Assembly: GCA_900548905.1 (NCBI GenBank)
Contig: URMK01000022.1
Coordinates: 34,692 to 98,691, forward strand
Length of the DNA stretch: 64,000 nucleotides
Origin: an uncultured Lachnospiraceae bacterium
GTDB lineage: Bacteria; Bacillota; Clostridia; Lachnospirales; Lachnospiraceae
Direction: 5' to 3'
Positions 17,581-28,303 of this stretch are shown here, piece by piece. Both the position numbers and the translations under genes were made by a program. Under the pieces are notes generated by a model. That model saw nothing but the letters and a program-made list of their open reading frames with translations. It made no database searches and was not told the origin of the DNA. The number at the start of each line of letters is the position of its first letter. The stretch's first letter is position 1.

Positions 17581-19032
17581 TTAAAATCTGAAATACATAA
17601 ACGGATTATTTGCCGCATTGGTCAGCTGATAAACAGCCATCCAGAATAACACCAGCAGAAGCGCGTTGGCGTACCATCTTTTCCTGTGCTTGTTAAACCA
17701 TGCGGAAACCACAGGAACACAGAAGAAAATCCCCGCCAGCAACAGCCACCAGTACATGGAAAAATACTTGAGGATATCCTGAGGGTTCAATGTCTCCCCG
17801 ATACCGAAAAAGGGAAACAGACGGCCGAAGTAAATACCCAGATCCGGCAGGCTGGTCACAGCGAATATCACCCAGGTAAGCGGAATGATAATCCATACAT
17901 AAATGTGGGAAAACACCTTATGCCGGCCCAGCCATTCTCCATAAAAAAGTTTCTCCAGAATAACAAACACACCGACCGTGATCCCCCACAGCAGGAAATT
18001 CACACTGCCTCCGTGCCACAGCCCCGTAAGAAGCCATACAATACACAGATTAAACAGCAGACGGGGAAGCCCCTTCCGGTTGCCTCCCATAGGTATATAA
18101 ACATAATCCCTGAACCAGCTTCCCAGCGTCATATGCCATCTGCGCCAGAAATCGCTGACGGAAGATGCCATATAAGGCTGGTTAAAGTTCTTGATATAAG
18201 GCAGTCCGATCATCATACCGATCCCCACCGCCATCAGGGAATAACCTTCGAAATCAAAATACAGCTGCAGGGAATAGGTAAAGGCCCCCAGCCATGCAAG
18301 CGGCGTGGATATACTTTCAAACCCTATAGTCTGTATATCATTCCAAAGAAGTCCAAGCCTGTCGGCAAGAAGCACCTTGGCCCCCAGCCCAATCACAAGC
18401 AGCCGCAGCCCGTCTTCAAACCGCTCCGGTATGCAGCCCAGATGCTCCAATCCCTCCGAGGCATCCTCATACCGCATAATAGGGCCGCTTGTAAGCTGGG
18501 GAAACATACATACATAGGAACCGAACCCCCAGAACGAGGTATCCGCTTCCACCTTCCCGCGGAAAACATCCATCTGGTAAGAAATCATTTTAAAGGTATA
18601 AAAACTGATTCCGAGGGGAAGAAGAATATTGCTGTCCACCGCATTGCCGATTTTAAAGAACGCCAGTACCCCCACATCGGTTATAAGAGCCAGCAGCAGC
18701 CATTTGCGCCTCTTTTTATCCCTCCACCTGCTGTGAAGGAAGGGGGATTCAATATCCGCCCTCATATTCTTTCCTATGAGGAAATTCAGTCCGGTGCAGG
18801 CCAGCAGAAGGAACACGAACTGAGGCTCTCCGCAGGCATACATGAGGATGCTTCCTATAAAAAGTACAATTTTCCGATATTTAACAGGGGTAAGGTAAAA
18901 AATAACCAGAAATACAGGCAGGAACCGAAAAAGGAATTCCAGACTGCTGAATACAAGGCTATTCTGACTTACTATGTTTCCTAAATCAAATCCTGCCACA
19001 ATCTCCACTCCAGACATCACATTTACTTGCAT
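17581..19032 (-). CDS. MBOAT family O-acyltransferase (AlgI/PatA/DltB-like); start uncertain
   Basis: LPLGISFYTF, FWRRWHMTLGSWFRDYVYIPMGG, GLWHG, C-terminal PFMYFRF. Confidence 0.92.
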   Translation of the reverse strand: MQVNVMSGVEIVAGFDLGNIVSQNSLVFSSLEFLFRFLPVFLVIFYLTPVKYRKIVLFIGSILMYACGEPQFVFLLLACTGLNFLIGKNMRADIESPFLHSRWRDKKRRKWLLLALITDVGVLAFFKIGNAVDSNILLPLGISFYTFKMISYQMDVFRGKVEADTSFWGFGSYVCMFPQLTSGPIMRYEDASEGLEHLGCIPERFEDGLRLLVIGLGAKVLLADRLGLLWNDIQTIGFESISTPLAWLGAFTYSLQLYFDFEGYSLMAVGIGMMIGLPYIKNFNQPYMASSVSDFWRRWHMTLGSWFRDYVYIPMGGNRKGLPRLLFNLCIVWLLTGLWHGGSVNFLLWGITVGVFVILEKLFYGEWLGRHKVFSHIYVWIIIPLTWVIFAVTSLPDLGIYFGRLFPFFGIGETLNPQDILKYFSMYWWLLLAGIFFCVPVVSAWFNKHRKRWYANALLLVLFWMAVYQLTNAANNPFMYFRF

Positions 19033-19173
19033 GTTACCGACAAAAACCGACCGGATTCAGCCTATTAAGCATAATACATTTTAATAGGAATGAAAAGAGA
19101 ATTTTCGCTTTTTTTTAAACTTAATATTTTCTTAAAGGAATTGTAAACTTTTGCCTTATGTCCCGCGGCGGCC

Positions 19174-19953
19174 TTATTCTGCCGCGAGAACCCCTGCTTT
19201 CATACTGCTTACATATTTCTTCAACGCTTCCCCGGCGTGTTCGCCGTTGGCTGCAATAATCTTTACAATTGCGCTGCCTACAATGGCTCCGTCAGATACG
19301 GCTGCCATATTACGGGCCTGCTCCGGCGTACTGATGCCAAATCCCACCGCGCAGGGGATATCGGTGACTTTACGTACCATATCCACGATAGAAGAAAGAT
19401 CCGTAGTAATTTGGCTCCGCACACCGGTTACGCCCATAGAGGATACAATATAAAGGAATCCGGACGCGTCCCCGGCAATCTTGCGGATACGTTCCTCCGA
19501 GGTGGGGGATATCATGGAAATGAGATCCACGCCATTGGCAGCGGCGACGGGTGCCAGCTCTCCTTTCTCCTCAAAAGGCAGATCCGGAATGATAATGCCG
19601 TCAACGGCAAGCTCCCTGCATTTTTGGAAAAAAGCATCATATCCGTAATGGAACACCGGATTCAGATAGGTGAGGAACACCAGCGGTATCTGCGATTTTT
19701 CCCTCACCCTGCGGACGATTTCAAAAACGCCGTCCGTGGTCATCCCTCTCTGCAGGGCGCGGATATTAGCTTCCTGTATAACCACGCCTTCCGCTGTCGG
19801 GTCGGAAAACGGGATGCCGATTTCTACAAGATCCGCTCCTGCCTCTTCCATATCCAGAATATATTCCACTGTTTTTTCCGCGCTCGGATCCCCTGCGGTC
19901 AAAAAGGCAATGAACGCTTTCCCGTTCTGAAATGCATTTTTTATCTTACTCAT
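19174..19953 (-). CDS. trpA: Tryptophan synthase alpha chain
   Basis: [33 protein letters not shown]. Confidence 0.97.
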   Translation of the reverse strand: MSKIKNAFQNGKAFIAFLTAGDPSAEKTVEYILDMEEAGADLVEIGIPFSDPTAEGVVIQEANIRALQRGMTTDGVFEIVRRVREKSQIPLVFLTYLNPVFHYGYDAFFQKCRELAVDGIIIPDLPFEEKGELAPVAAANGVDLISMISPTSEERIRKIAGDASGFLYIVSSMGVTGVRSQITTDLSSIVDMVRKVTDIPCAVGFGISTPEQARNMAAVSDGAIVGSAIVKIIAANGEHAGEALKKYVSSMKAGVLAAE

Positions 19954-21130
19954 CGATATTCCTCCCTCTGTACCGGGCAATCGCGGCAACATCCTTGTCG
20001 CCCCTTCCGGACAGGCATATGATAATGCTGTCATCTCTGCTGTACTGTGCCGCTATCTTTCTAACATGGGCTACGGCGTGGGCACTCTCGATGGCGCAGA
20101 TAATTCCTTCTGTGCGGGCCAGATATTCGAAGGCATCCACCGCTTCATCATCGGTAACAGGTACATACAGTGCTCTGTTGGTATCATGCAGATATGCGTG
20201 CTCTGGCCCGATCCCCGGATAGTCCAGGCCGGCGGAGATGGAATATACCGGAGCAATCTGTCCGTATTCGTCCTGACAGAAATAGGATTTCATCCCATGG
20301 AAAATCCCCAAAGTCCCTTTTGCCATCGTGGCGGCATGCTGACCGCTGTCCAGTCCCCGCCCGGCCGCCTCACAGCCGATAAGCTCCACGCTGTTATCAG
20401 GGATAAAATGGTAAAACATTCCCATGGCATTACTGCCGCCGCCCACACAAGCCACTACAGCCGCAGGAAGTTTTCCTTCCTTCGCAAGGATCTGTTCCCT
20501 GGCCTCTGCGCTGATTACACTCTGGAAATCCCGGACCATCATAGGGAACGGATGGGGGCCCATAACCGATCCCAGGACATAATGGGTATCCGCCACCCGG
20601 TTCGTCCATTCCCGCATCGTCTCGTTCACTGCATCCTTAAGCGTCTGCGTTCCGCTTGTTACCGGGTGCACCTTTGCGCCCAGAAGCTCCATGCGGTATA
20701 CATTAAGAGCCTGTCTGTCCGTATCCTCCTTACCCATGAAAACTTCGCATTCCATACCGAGGAGCGCCGCTGCCGTGGCAGTTGCCACTCCGTGCTGTCC
20801 TGCCCCCGTTTCCGCTATCACCCTCGTCTTTCCCATCTTTTTAGCAAGAAGCACCTGCCCCAGCACATTATTTATTTTATGGGAACCGGTATGATTCAGA
20901 TCTTCCCTTTTCAAATATATTTTTGCGCCGCCCAGATCCTCCGTCATTTTTTCTGCAAAATAAAGCAGGGAGGGACGGCCCGCATACTCCTTTAAAAGCC
21001 GCGCCAGCTCCTCATTGAATTCCTTATCTTCTTTATAATACGCATAGCACTCTTCCAGCCGGAGCAGTTCATTCATCAGGGTTTCCGATATATACTGTCC
21101 GCCAAATTCACCAAAACGTCCTTTACTCAT
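19946..21130 (-). CDS. trpB: Tryptophan synthase beta chain
   Basis: [40 protein letters not shown]. Confidence 0.98.
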   Translation of the reverse strand: MSKGRFGEFGGQYISETLMNELLRLEECYAYYKEDKEFNEELARLLKEYAGRPSLLYFAEKMTEDLGGAKIYLKREDLNHTGSHKINNVLGQVLLAKKMGKTRVIAETGAGQHGVATATAAALLGMECEVFMGKEDTDRQALNVYRMELLGAKVHPVTSGTQTLKDAVNETMREWTNRVADTHYVLGSVMGPHPFPMMVRDFQSVISAEAREQILAKEGKLPAAVVACVGGGSNAMGMFYHFIPDNSVELIGCEAAGRGLDSGQHAATMAKGTLGIFHGMKSYFCQDEYGQIAPVYSISAGLDYPGIGPEHAYLHDTNRALYVPVTDDEAVDAFEYLARTEGIICAIESAHAVAHVRKIAAQYSRDDSIIICLSGRGDKDVAAIARYRGRNIDE

Positions 21131-21312
21131 CACATCGATTCCTCTCTTTTCCGGCCCTGCCGCTCTCCTGCAGCATCCGGGTTTCTTGTTCCGCCAGTCA
21201 GACGGCCGGTAACAGTTCAGACAGGTCCAGACTGTTACCGCATCCAGCCAATAAATTCGCTGCGCGATGGGCCGGATGCCTGTTTCCACTACTCTCTCCT
21301 ACGGTCTCGCAG

Positions 21313-21966
21313 TTAAATGCGAACGGACGCGGCAGCCTTCATAAAGTCTGTTATTCTGCCCCGATCCTTTTTGCCTGCTCGTTCCACGCCGCTGCTCACA
21401 TCCAGGGCAAAGGGGGCAAACAGCCGTACCGCTTCTGCCGCATTACAGGCATTCAGTCCTCCGGCCAGGAAAAATGGTTTTTCCACGTTCCGTGCCCGGT
21501 CGGCCAGGGACCAGTCAAAAGGTTTTCCCTCTCCGCTACCTCCGTCAAACAGCAGATAATCCGCTTGGCTGTCCTTCCATTCCGCCAATTCCCTGCCGTC
21601 GGTAACCCGTACCGCTTTAATCACCGGTTTCCCGCTTTCCTTACGTATGAAAGCGATTTCGGCCTCTGTCTCCTGCCCATGAAGCTGGGCGGCATCAATC
21701 ACACCTTTTTGCAGAAGCTTGACAATCTGTTCCGGTTTTTCGTTTACAAAAACACCTACCGGGCAGATTTCCTCCCGCAGCAGTCTTCTTAAGGCAGCCG
21801 CCTGTTGTGCACTCACCTGCCTGCGGCTTCTGGCGAATACAAAGCCTATATAATCCGGCCCCGCCTCGTTTACATAGCGAATATCCTCCCGGCGGCTCAG
21901 GCCGCAGATTTTCACCCGGATACCGCCCTCCCCCTTCTGTGAAAAAGAGGACGGAAACGGCTTCAC
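21313..21966 (-). CDS. trpF: Phosphoribosylanthranilate isomerase
   Basis: VKICGL, QLHGQE, FDW, LAGGL, DVSSGVE. Confidence 0.95.
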   Translation of the reverse strand: MKPFPSSFSQKGEGGIRVKICGLSRREDIRYVNEAGPDYIGFVFARSRRQVSAQQAAALRRLLREEICPVGVFVNEKPEQIVKLLQKGVIDAAQLHGQETEAEIAFIRKESGKPVIKAVRVTDGRELAEWKDSQADYLLFDGGSGEGKPFDWSLADRARNVEKPFFLAGGLNACNAAEAVRLFAPFALDVSSGVERAGKKDRGRITDFMKAAASVRI

Positions 21967-22757
21967 AGGTTCCCCCGCAGTCTGTCCAGTTCCCTGCGTT
22001 TATCCGGACTGCGCATCAACGTTTCACCGATCAACACCGCATTGGTGCCGTTTTCCCGAAGGGTACGGATATCCTCCGGGGTTTTCATACCGCTTTCCGA
22101 AACAAAAAGGATATGCGGCGGTACCAGCTGACGCAGTCTGACGGAATTGGTGATATCCACCCGGAAGGTTTTCAGGTCCCGGTTATTCACACCGAGGATC
22201 CTGGCCCCGCAGCGCAGCGCCATTTCCACCTCTTTTTCATCATGCGCCTCCACCAATGCAGACAGGCCCAGGCTGTCCGCAAGCGCTATAAAACCTTTCA
22301 GTTCCTCTTCCGTGAGGATGGCGCAGATCAGAAGCACGGCCGCAGCTCCCAGCAGCTTCGCCTCATAAATCATATAGGCATCCACGGTAAAATCCTTCCG
22401 CAGCACCGGAATGGAAACACTTCCGGCAATTTCCCGGAGGTAACTGTCCCTTCCCAGAAAGAATTCCGGTTCTGTCAGTACGGATATGGCGGCCGCTCCC
22501 GCTGCTTCATAGTCAGAAGCGATTTCCAGATAAGGGAAATCCGGTGCGATAAGTCCTCTGGAGGGGGACGCTTTTTTTATTTCGCAGATAAAGGACAGCC
22601 CCTCTGCCGCCAAAGCCTGTTCCAGGGGAAATCCGGTATTCTTCTCCCGTTTTTCCGCTTCCCTGCGCAGGTTTTCCAACGGGAACTCCTGTTTCCTTGC
22701 CGCTGTCCGTATTCTCGTTTTTTCAGCAATCGTATCAAGTATCATGGTTTTCTCCAT
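21963..22757 (-). CDS. trpC: Indole-3-glycerol phosphate synthase
   Basis: EIKKASPSRG, SVLTE, LRKDF, GVNNRDL, SESG, LIGETLM. Confidence 0.97.
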   Translation of the reverse strand: MEKTMILDTIAEKTRIRTAARKQEFPLENLRREAEKREKNTGFPLEQALAAEGLSFICEIKKASPSRGLIAPDFPYLEIASDYEAAGAAAISVLTEPEFFLGRDSYLREIAGSVSIPVLRKDFTVDAYMIYEAKLLGAAAVLLICAILTEEELKGFIALADSLGLSALVEAHDEKEVEMALRCGARILGVNNRDLKTFRVDITNSVRLRQLVPPHILFVSESGMKTPEDIRTLRENGTNAVLIGETLMRSPDKRRELDRLRGNL

Positions 22758-22814
22758 TCTCTTATTGTGAAAGCTCCGCTTCCACAGCGGACGGCCATTC
22801 GGCCCGGCTGCAGC

Positions 22815-23822
22815 TCAGCTGTTGGAATACGCCACAAATTCCTCCAGTTTTTTCTTCGCCCTTCCGCTGGAAATAATCTCTTCCGCCATCCTCACGCCGG
22901 CTTCCATGCTTTCCGCTTTTCCCGCAATATAAAGTGCTGCCCCGGAATTCAGGATTACCGCATCGGCCTTCGGGCCTTTTTCTCCCTCCAGTATACTTCT
23001 GGTAATGGCCGCGTTTTCTTCCGGTGTGCCGCCTTCCAGTTCTTTTTTGTCACATTTGGCAAAGCCGAACTGTTCCGGTTCGATATAGTAGGTTTTATAG
23101 TCCCCGTCCTTCACTTCACACACATAAGTCCGGGCGCTCATGGAGATTTCATCCAGTTTATCCATGCCGTATACCACCATGGCGCTTTTCACTCCCAGAT
23201 TAACAAGGACCCGTGCCAGCGGCTCCACCAGAGCTTCATCGTATACTCCCATAACCTCCATATTGGCACCGGCCGGATTGGCAAGCGGACCCAGGATATT
23301 GAAAATGGTCCTGATTCCCAGTTCCTTGCGCACAGGGCCTACATAACGCATGGCCGTATGGTATTTCTGGGCAAACAGGAAACAGATGCCGATTTCTTTG
23401 AGCAGTTCGGCGCTTCTTGCAGGCGCTATGGCGATATTCACTCCCAAAGCCTCCAGGACATCCGCCGCACCGCACTTGCTGGACGCAGCTCTGTTACCGT
23501 GCTTTGCCACCGGTACCCCGCCCGCCGCAATCACTAACGCCGAGGTTGTGGAAATATTAAAAGAATTGGATTTATCCCCGCCGGTTCCCACGATTTCCAA
23601 CACATCCATATCATTCAGAAGGCGCACGCAGTGGTTTCTCATTTCCTCCGCAGACCCCGTAATTTCCTCAATTGTCTCACCCTTCATGGAGAGCGCTGTA
23701 AGATAAGCGCTCTTCTGGATATCGGAGGCTTCTCCGCTCATGATTTCATTCATAACCTCTTTTGCCGCTTCATATCCGATGTTTTCTCCGTTTGCCAGTC
23801 TGGCAATTGCTTCTTTAATCAT
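22815..23822 (-). CDS. trpD: Anthranilate phosphoribosyltransferase
   Basis: [29 protein letters not shown]. Confidence 0.97.
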   Translation of the reverse strand: MIKEAIARLANGENIGYEAAKEVMNEIMSGEASDIQKSAYLTALSMKGETIEEITGSAEEMRNHCVRLLNDMDVLEIVGTGGDKSNSFNISTTSALVIAAGGVPVAKHGNRAASSKCGAADVLEALGVNIAIAPARSAELLKEIGICFLFAQKYHTAMRYVGPVRKELGIRTIFNILGPLANPAGANMEVMGVYDEALVEPLARVLVNLGVKSAMVVYGMDKLDEISMSARTYVCEVKDGDYKTYYIEPEQFGFAKCDKKELEGGTPEENAAITRSILEGEKGPKADAVILNSGAALYIAGKAESMEAGVRMAEEIISSGRAKKKLEEFVAYSNS

Positions 23823-23874
23823 TTTTCCATCCTTTCCTGCCTGCAGTTTTGTTGCCGTAAATGCGCAGGCCTGC

Positions 23875-24477
23875 CTAAACTGTTAATTCCTGTGTTACGG
23901 CCTTTTCCGCCGTTTGATCCAGCAGATTCCGAATGATATCAATTCCTTCCGGTGTCAATACCGATTCCGGATGAAACTGCACCCCGTACACGGGAAATTC
24001 TCTGTGTTCCACCGCCATTACCTCTCCGTCCGCCGTTTTTGCCGTAACGCGCAGGGCTTCAGGCATGCTCTCCGGTACGGCTGCCAGAGAATGATATCTT
24101 GCCACCTGCATGTTTTCTCCCAGTCCTCGGAAAAGTGTACTGTCCTCTTCCGTCAAAACCTCGGAGGTCTTTCCATGCATCAGTTCCTTTGCATATCCAA
24201 TTTCGGCCCCAAATACCTCACATATGGCCTGATGTCCCAGGCATACGCCGAATATAGGGATCTTCCCTGCAAGACGATACACGACATCCTCACAGATGCC
24301 CGCATCCGCGGGTTTTCCCGGTCCCGGAGACAGGACAATCAGTTCCGGGGCCAGCCCTATAATAGCATCCACCGTCATCTCATCGTTTCGTATCACGTGG
24401 ATATCCGGGTTTATGGAGCCGATCAACTGATACAGATTATAGGAAAAGCTATCGTAATTATCTATCAGCAGAATCAT
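23875..24477 (-). CDS. trpG: Anthranilate synthase component II
   Basis: [28 protein letters not shown]. Confidence 0.95.
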   Translation of the reverse strand: MILLIDNYDSFSYNLYQLIGSINPDIHVIRNDEMTVDAIIGLAPELIVLSPGPGKPADAGICEDVVYRLAGKIPIFGVCLGHQAICEVFGAEIGYAKELMHGKTSEVLTEEDSTLFRGLGENMQVARYHSLAAVPESMPEALRVTAKTADGEVMAVEHREFPVYGVQFHPESVLTPEGIDIIRNLLDQTAEKAVTQELTV

Positions 24478-25967
24478 CCGTCGATTCCTCCTTCCGCCGC
24501 TTCCAATGCCATTCTGACGGCTTTTGCCTTATTGATGCATTCCTGGTATTCCTTTTCCGGTTCACTGTCCGCCACAATACCGGCTCCGGAACGGATAAAC
24601 ACCTTACCATTTTTGGCATACGCCAGCCGGATGGCTATACAGGTATCCATGTTTCCGGTAAAGGCAAGATAACCTACAGCACCGCCATAAATACCTCTTT
24701 TATTGTTTTCCAGTTCATTAATGATTTCACAGGCCCGCAGCTTTGGGGCGCCGGAAAGGGTACCCGCCGGAAGAATGGCATCCACCGCATCCAGGGCGTC
24801 CCTTTTTTCATCAAGCGTTCCGGAAACCGTGGAACCTATATGCATGACATGGGAAAACCGCTGCACCGACATATATTTTTCCACCTTCACCGTTCCGATC
24901 CGGCTGATTTTTCCGATGTCGTTTCTCCCCAAATCCACCAGCATATTATGCTCCGCACATTCCTTTTTATCGGCAAGCAGCTCCTGTTCTAGCTCTTCGT
25001 CCTCCTCCCGTGTCATACCTCTGGGCCTGGTCCCTGCCAGCGGGAAAGTATATAACTGCCCCTCTTCCAGCTTCACCAGGGTTTCCGGGGAAGCACCCGC
25101 CACTTCCATAGTATCACTGGAGAAATAGAACATGTAAGGAGAGGGGTTTATCGTCCGCAGAAGACGGTAGGTATCAAAAAGGCTTCCTTCCATAGCCGCT
25201 TCAAGCCGGTTGGACAGCACCACCTGGAAGATATCCCCCTCCCGGATGTAATGCTTCGCCTTTTCCACCATGGCACAGTATTCTTCCCGGCAAAACAGAG
25301 GACGGAACCCGGAACGAAGCTTCAGCGGCGGTATATCCGCCTTTTGCCCGCTTTGTATTAAGTCAGCCATATGCTTCAATTCTTCTTTGGCCTTCTGGTA
25401 GGAATGCGTCAAATCATCCGCTTTTGCATTTGCAATCAGAATGATTTTCTGTCTGTAATTGTCAAAGGCAATCACTTTGTCAAACAGCATCAGATCCACG
25501 TCCTGAAATCCTTCCGAATCCACGGCGTCCAGCTGCAGGGACGGTTCGCTGTATTTGATATAATCATAAGAAAAATATCCCACAAGCCCGCCGGTAAAAG
25601 GCGGAAGGCCCTTAAGCAGAGGGCTTCTGTTTTCTTTCAGAATCTGACGGATTGTTTCTCTTGGATTTCCTTCGTATTCCATGGCAGGCAACGTATTTCC
25701 GGCTTCTGCGGGGCCGGTGATTTTCACATGACCGTCGCGGCAGGTAATTTCCAAAATCGGTTCATATCCGAGAAAAGTGTAGCGTCCCCATCGTTTATTA
25801 TCCTCTGCACTTTCCAGCATATAACAGTGGCGGCTGGTATTTTTCAGAATCCGCATGACCTCGGCAGGAGTAATCGTATCCGCATAAAGTTCCCTGGTCA
25901 GAGGAATCAGGCCATACTGCCCTTCCGATAACAATTTTTCTGCCTGTTCCATACTTAATGTTTCCAT
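24474..25967 (-). CDS. trpE: Anthranilate synthase component I
   Basis: LESAE, NPSPYM, ASPE, AEHNMLVDLGRND, PAGTLSGAPK. Confidence 0.96.
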   Translation of the reverse strand: METLSMEQAEKLLSEGQYGLIPLTRELYADTITPAEVMRILKNTSRHCYMLESAEDNKRWGRYTFLGYEPILEITCRDGHVKITGPAEAGNTLPAMEYEGNPRETIRQILKENRSPLLKGLPPFTGGLVGYFSYDYIKYSEPSLQLDAVDSEGFQDVDLMLFDKVIAFDNYRQKIILIANAKADDLTHSYQKAKEELKHMADLIQSGQKADIPPLKLRSGFRPLFCREEYCAMVEKAKHYIREGDIFQVVLSNRLEAAMEGSLFDTYRLLRTINPSPYMFYFSSDTMEVAGASPETLVKLEEGQLYTFPLAGTRPRGMTREEDEELEQELLADKKECAEHNMLVDLGRNDIGKISRIGTVKVEKYMSVQRFSHVMHIGSTVSGTLDEKRDALDAVDAILPAGTLSGAPKLRACEIINELENNKRGIYGGAVGYLAFTGNMDTCIAIRLAYAKNGKVFIRSGAGIVADSEPEKEYQECINKAKAVRMALEAAEGGIDG

Positions 25968-26014
25968 ATTCCCTCCAATTCTCTGTCCGCTCCCGGTTTA
26001 TGTTTGTTTTTCCA

Positions 26015-26310
26015 CACAAAAAACCCGTCCATGACAGAATACAAATAAAGCCTTCTGTCAAGGACGGGTAAATTCCAACACCCGCGGTGCCACCTTGATT
26101 CACGTAAAATAACGTGCCCTCGCCGGATACCATCATATCCGCGGCAACTGACGTATGCCTCACGTCATAGCTACAGAAAAGCCCTGCGGCCCTCTTTCAC
26201 CATGCCCTCCGTGGTCCATTTAACAGGCTGCGTTCTGTCCGTTCTCAGCATTCCGGACTCTCTGTAAGTGCACGATCTGTTTTTATCTCCACATCATCGG
26301 TTTTAAAAAC
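26015..26310 (-). promoter_or_regulatory. Trp T-box riboswitch with terminator
   Basis: T-box AATCAAGGTGGCACCGCG (26100-26083); AGAGAG and GCTGAGA stem I motifs; TGG specifier at 26218-26216; terminator ACCCGTCC..GGACGGGTTTTTT; promoter TTGCCT-N17-TATAAT at 26372-26344. Confidence 0.92.
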
Positions 26311-26420
26311 ATTGTTTTGTTATTTGATGTTTTATTTTATTGCATTATAACGCCAAAGTTCATAAAAGGCAAGGGAAAAATTAAATTTTCTCCTGCCGCC
26401 GCTATTATGCCGCTATTATT

Positions 26421-27041
26421 TTATGCTGTAATACCGGCTTTTGCGAAATAAACAGGAAGGTGAAAATTCGGAGTTTCATTATCAATGCTGTGGAAAGCCG
26501 CATAATGCTCAATTTCAGGGCTTTCGGAAATTTTATAAAAATTACAGTAAAATTCCGTCGTTTTATCCAGGGCCTCCAGCCCGCATTCTCTGCGCAGAAA
26601 GGTTTCCGGAATCAAGAGGGATACCTTCCATTGCTTATCCTCCGCCTCCGCCCTGCATCCGCATTCTTCCAGATATATTTCCGGCATGGGAGCCCTGTTT
26701 TTTCTGCCTTTGCCATATGCGGCATACAGCGCCCCATTCCCGTTCACCTCAAAGTTAACATACATTGCATCGTTGGTAAGGGATTCCCCTTTTTTCGGAA
26801 ATGCAAGAAATACTTCCATGGCGCTGTCTTTGCATACCGGATCCATATAGTTATGGTATTCCCTTTTCGGATTTTCTTCCTCACATACCATTTCCACCAA
26901 AAAGCCTTTCTCCCGGATATAACCCATCCGCACGCGGGCCGCCGGCTTTACCCGGCAGGTCCACAAGTAGTTGTCCATCCGGGCCTCCTCACATTTCCCG
27001 ATCTCCTCTGCAGAATTGATTTCTTTCACTTTATATTCCAT
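26421..27041 (-). CDS. Carbohydrate-binding family 9-like protein
   Basis: VCKDSAMEVF, NFEVNGNG, CNFYK, PNFHLP.YF resemble this family. Confidence 0.65.
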   Translation of the reverse strand: MEYKVKEINSAEEIGKCEEARMDNYLWTCRVKPAARVRMGYIREKGFLVEMVCEEENPKREYHNYMDPVCKDSAMEVFLAFPKKGESLTNDAMYVNFEVNGNGALYAAYGKGRKNRAPMPEIYLEECGCRAEAEDKQWKVSLLIPETFLRRECGLEALDKTTEFYCNFYKISESPEIEHYAAFHSIDNETPNFHLPVYFAKAGITA

Positions 27042-27080
27042 TTAGTATCCTCTTTCCGCATCTGTGCCTGGCAGCGGTCC

Positions 27081-28286
27081 TCATTGGTCTGACTTAAGGA
27101 TTTCCGCCGTTTCTCTGGCAATAGCCAATTCCTCGTTCGTGGGGATTACCAGCACTTTCGTTCCACTGCCCGGCCTGGAAATTACGATCTCCTCGCCGCG
27201 TTTATGATTTGCTTCCTCATCCAGAGTGATTCCCAGGAAAGACAGGCTACTGCATACCATATCACGGATAATGGGACTGTTCTCGCCCAATCCCGCGGTA
27301 AAGCAGATTGCATCCACGCCGTCCATTTCCGCCGCATAAGCGCCGATATATTTGATCACCCTTTGGGTAAATGCCTTAAGCGCACGGACCGCATCCGTAT
27401 TCCCTTCCAGATAAGCATCCTCCAGATCCCTGAAATCGGAAGAAAAACCATTGGAAAGGCCGTAGACACCGGATTCCTTATTCAGGATATTCATGATCGC
27501 ATCAATGCTCTTCCCTTCCTTATGGGCAATAAATTCAATGATAGCCGGATCGACATCACCGCTTCTTGTCCCCATCACCAGCCCTTCCAGGGGTGTTAAC
27601 CCCATGGATGTATCGATACATTTTCCGTATTTGACAGCCGATACGGACGCACCGTTCCCCAAATGGCAGACGATAGTCTTCAGGCTGTCATAGGGCCGTC
27701 CCAGAACCGCCGCCGCTCTCCGGGATACATAGGCATGGCTTGTCCCATGGAAACCGTATCTTCTGATTTTATAATCCTGATAATAGTGATAGGGAATCGC
27801 ATACATGTATGCTTCTTCCGGCATGGTCTGATGAAATGCGGTATCAAATACCCCCACCATAGGCGTTCCGGGCATAAGAGCTTCGCATGCTTCAATACCG
27901 ATAAGATTAGCCGGATTATGAAGCGGCGCCAACTCACAGCAATCCTGAATGGCCTTCTTTACTTCTGCCGTTATCAGCGTAGCTTTTGCAAAATGCTCCC
28001 CGCCGTGTACCAGGCGGTGTCCCACCGCTCCAATCTCCTGAAGACTTTTCACCACCCCGGTCTTATCATCTGTCAGGGCTTTCAGTACCAGGCTGATGGC
28101 TTCCTTGTGATCCTTCATGGAAGCTTCCGTGATCTGCTTTTCCCCACCCGCAGGGGTATATACCAAACGGCTTCCCTCAATTGCGATTCTCTCGCACAGC
28201 CCTTTTGCAATCAGCTTCTCACTCTGCGAATCAATCAGCTGAAATTTTAAGGAGGAGCTTCCGCAGTTAATAACTAAAATATTCAT
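27081..28286 (-). CDS. ackA: Acetate kinase
   Basis: LVINCGSSSLK, GHRLVHGG, FDTAFH, YGFHGTSH, HLGNGAS, PTNEE. Confidence 0.98.
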   Translation of the reverse strand: MNILVINCGSSSLKFQLIDSQSEKLIAKGLCERIAIEGSRLVYTPAGGEKQITEASMKDHKEAISLVLKALTDDKTGVVKSLQEIGAVGHRLVHGGEHFAKATLITAEVKKAIQDCCELAPLHNPANLIGIEACEALMPGTPMVGVFDTAFHQTMPEEAYMYAIPYHYYQDYKIRRYGFHGTSHAYVSRRAAAVLGRPYDSLKTIVCHLGNGASVSAVKYGKCIDTSMGLTPLEGLVMGTRSGDVDPAIIEFIAHKEGKSIDAIMNILNKESGVYGLSNGFSSDFRDLEDAYLEGNTDAVRALKAFTQRVIKYIGAYAAEMDGVDAICFTAGLGENSPIIRDMVCSSLSFLGITLDEEANHKRGEEIVISRPGSGTKVLVIPTNEELAIARETAEILKSDQ

Positions 28287-28303
28287 AGTAGTAATCCCTT
28301 TCT

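Noticed and set aside
21131..21312. Apparent 53-aa N-terminal extension of TrpB, or a separate gene between trpF and trpB
   Set aside because: TrpB similarity starts at MSKGRFG with an AGAGGA RBS upstream; the extension has no recognisable features.
25798..26163. 121-aa ORF as a trp leader peptide
   Set aside because: It overlaps a clear T-box riboswitch that already explains the regulation.
26400..26420. Short direct repeat GCCGCTATTAT
   Set aside because: Two 11-bp copies only; consistent with local slippage.
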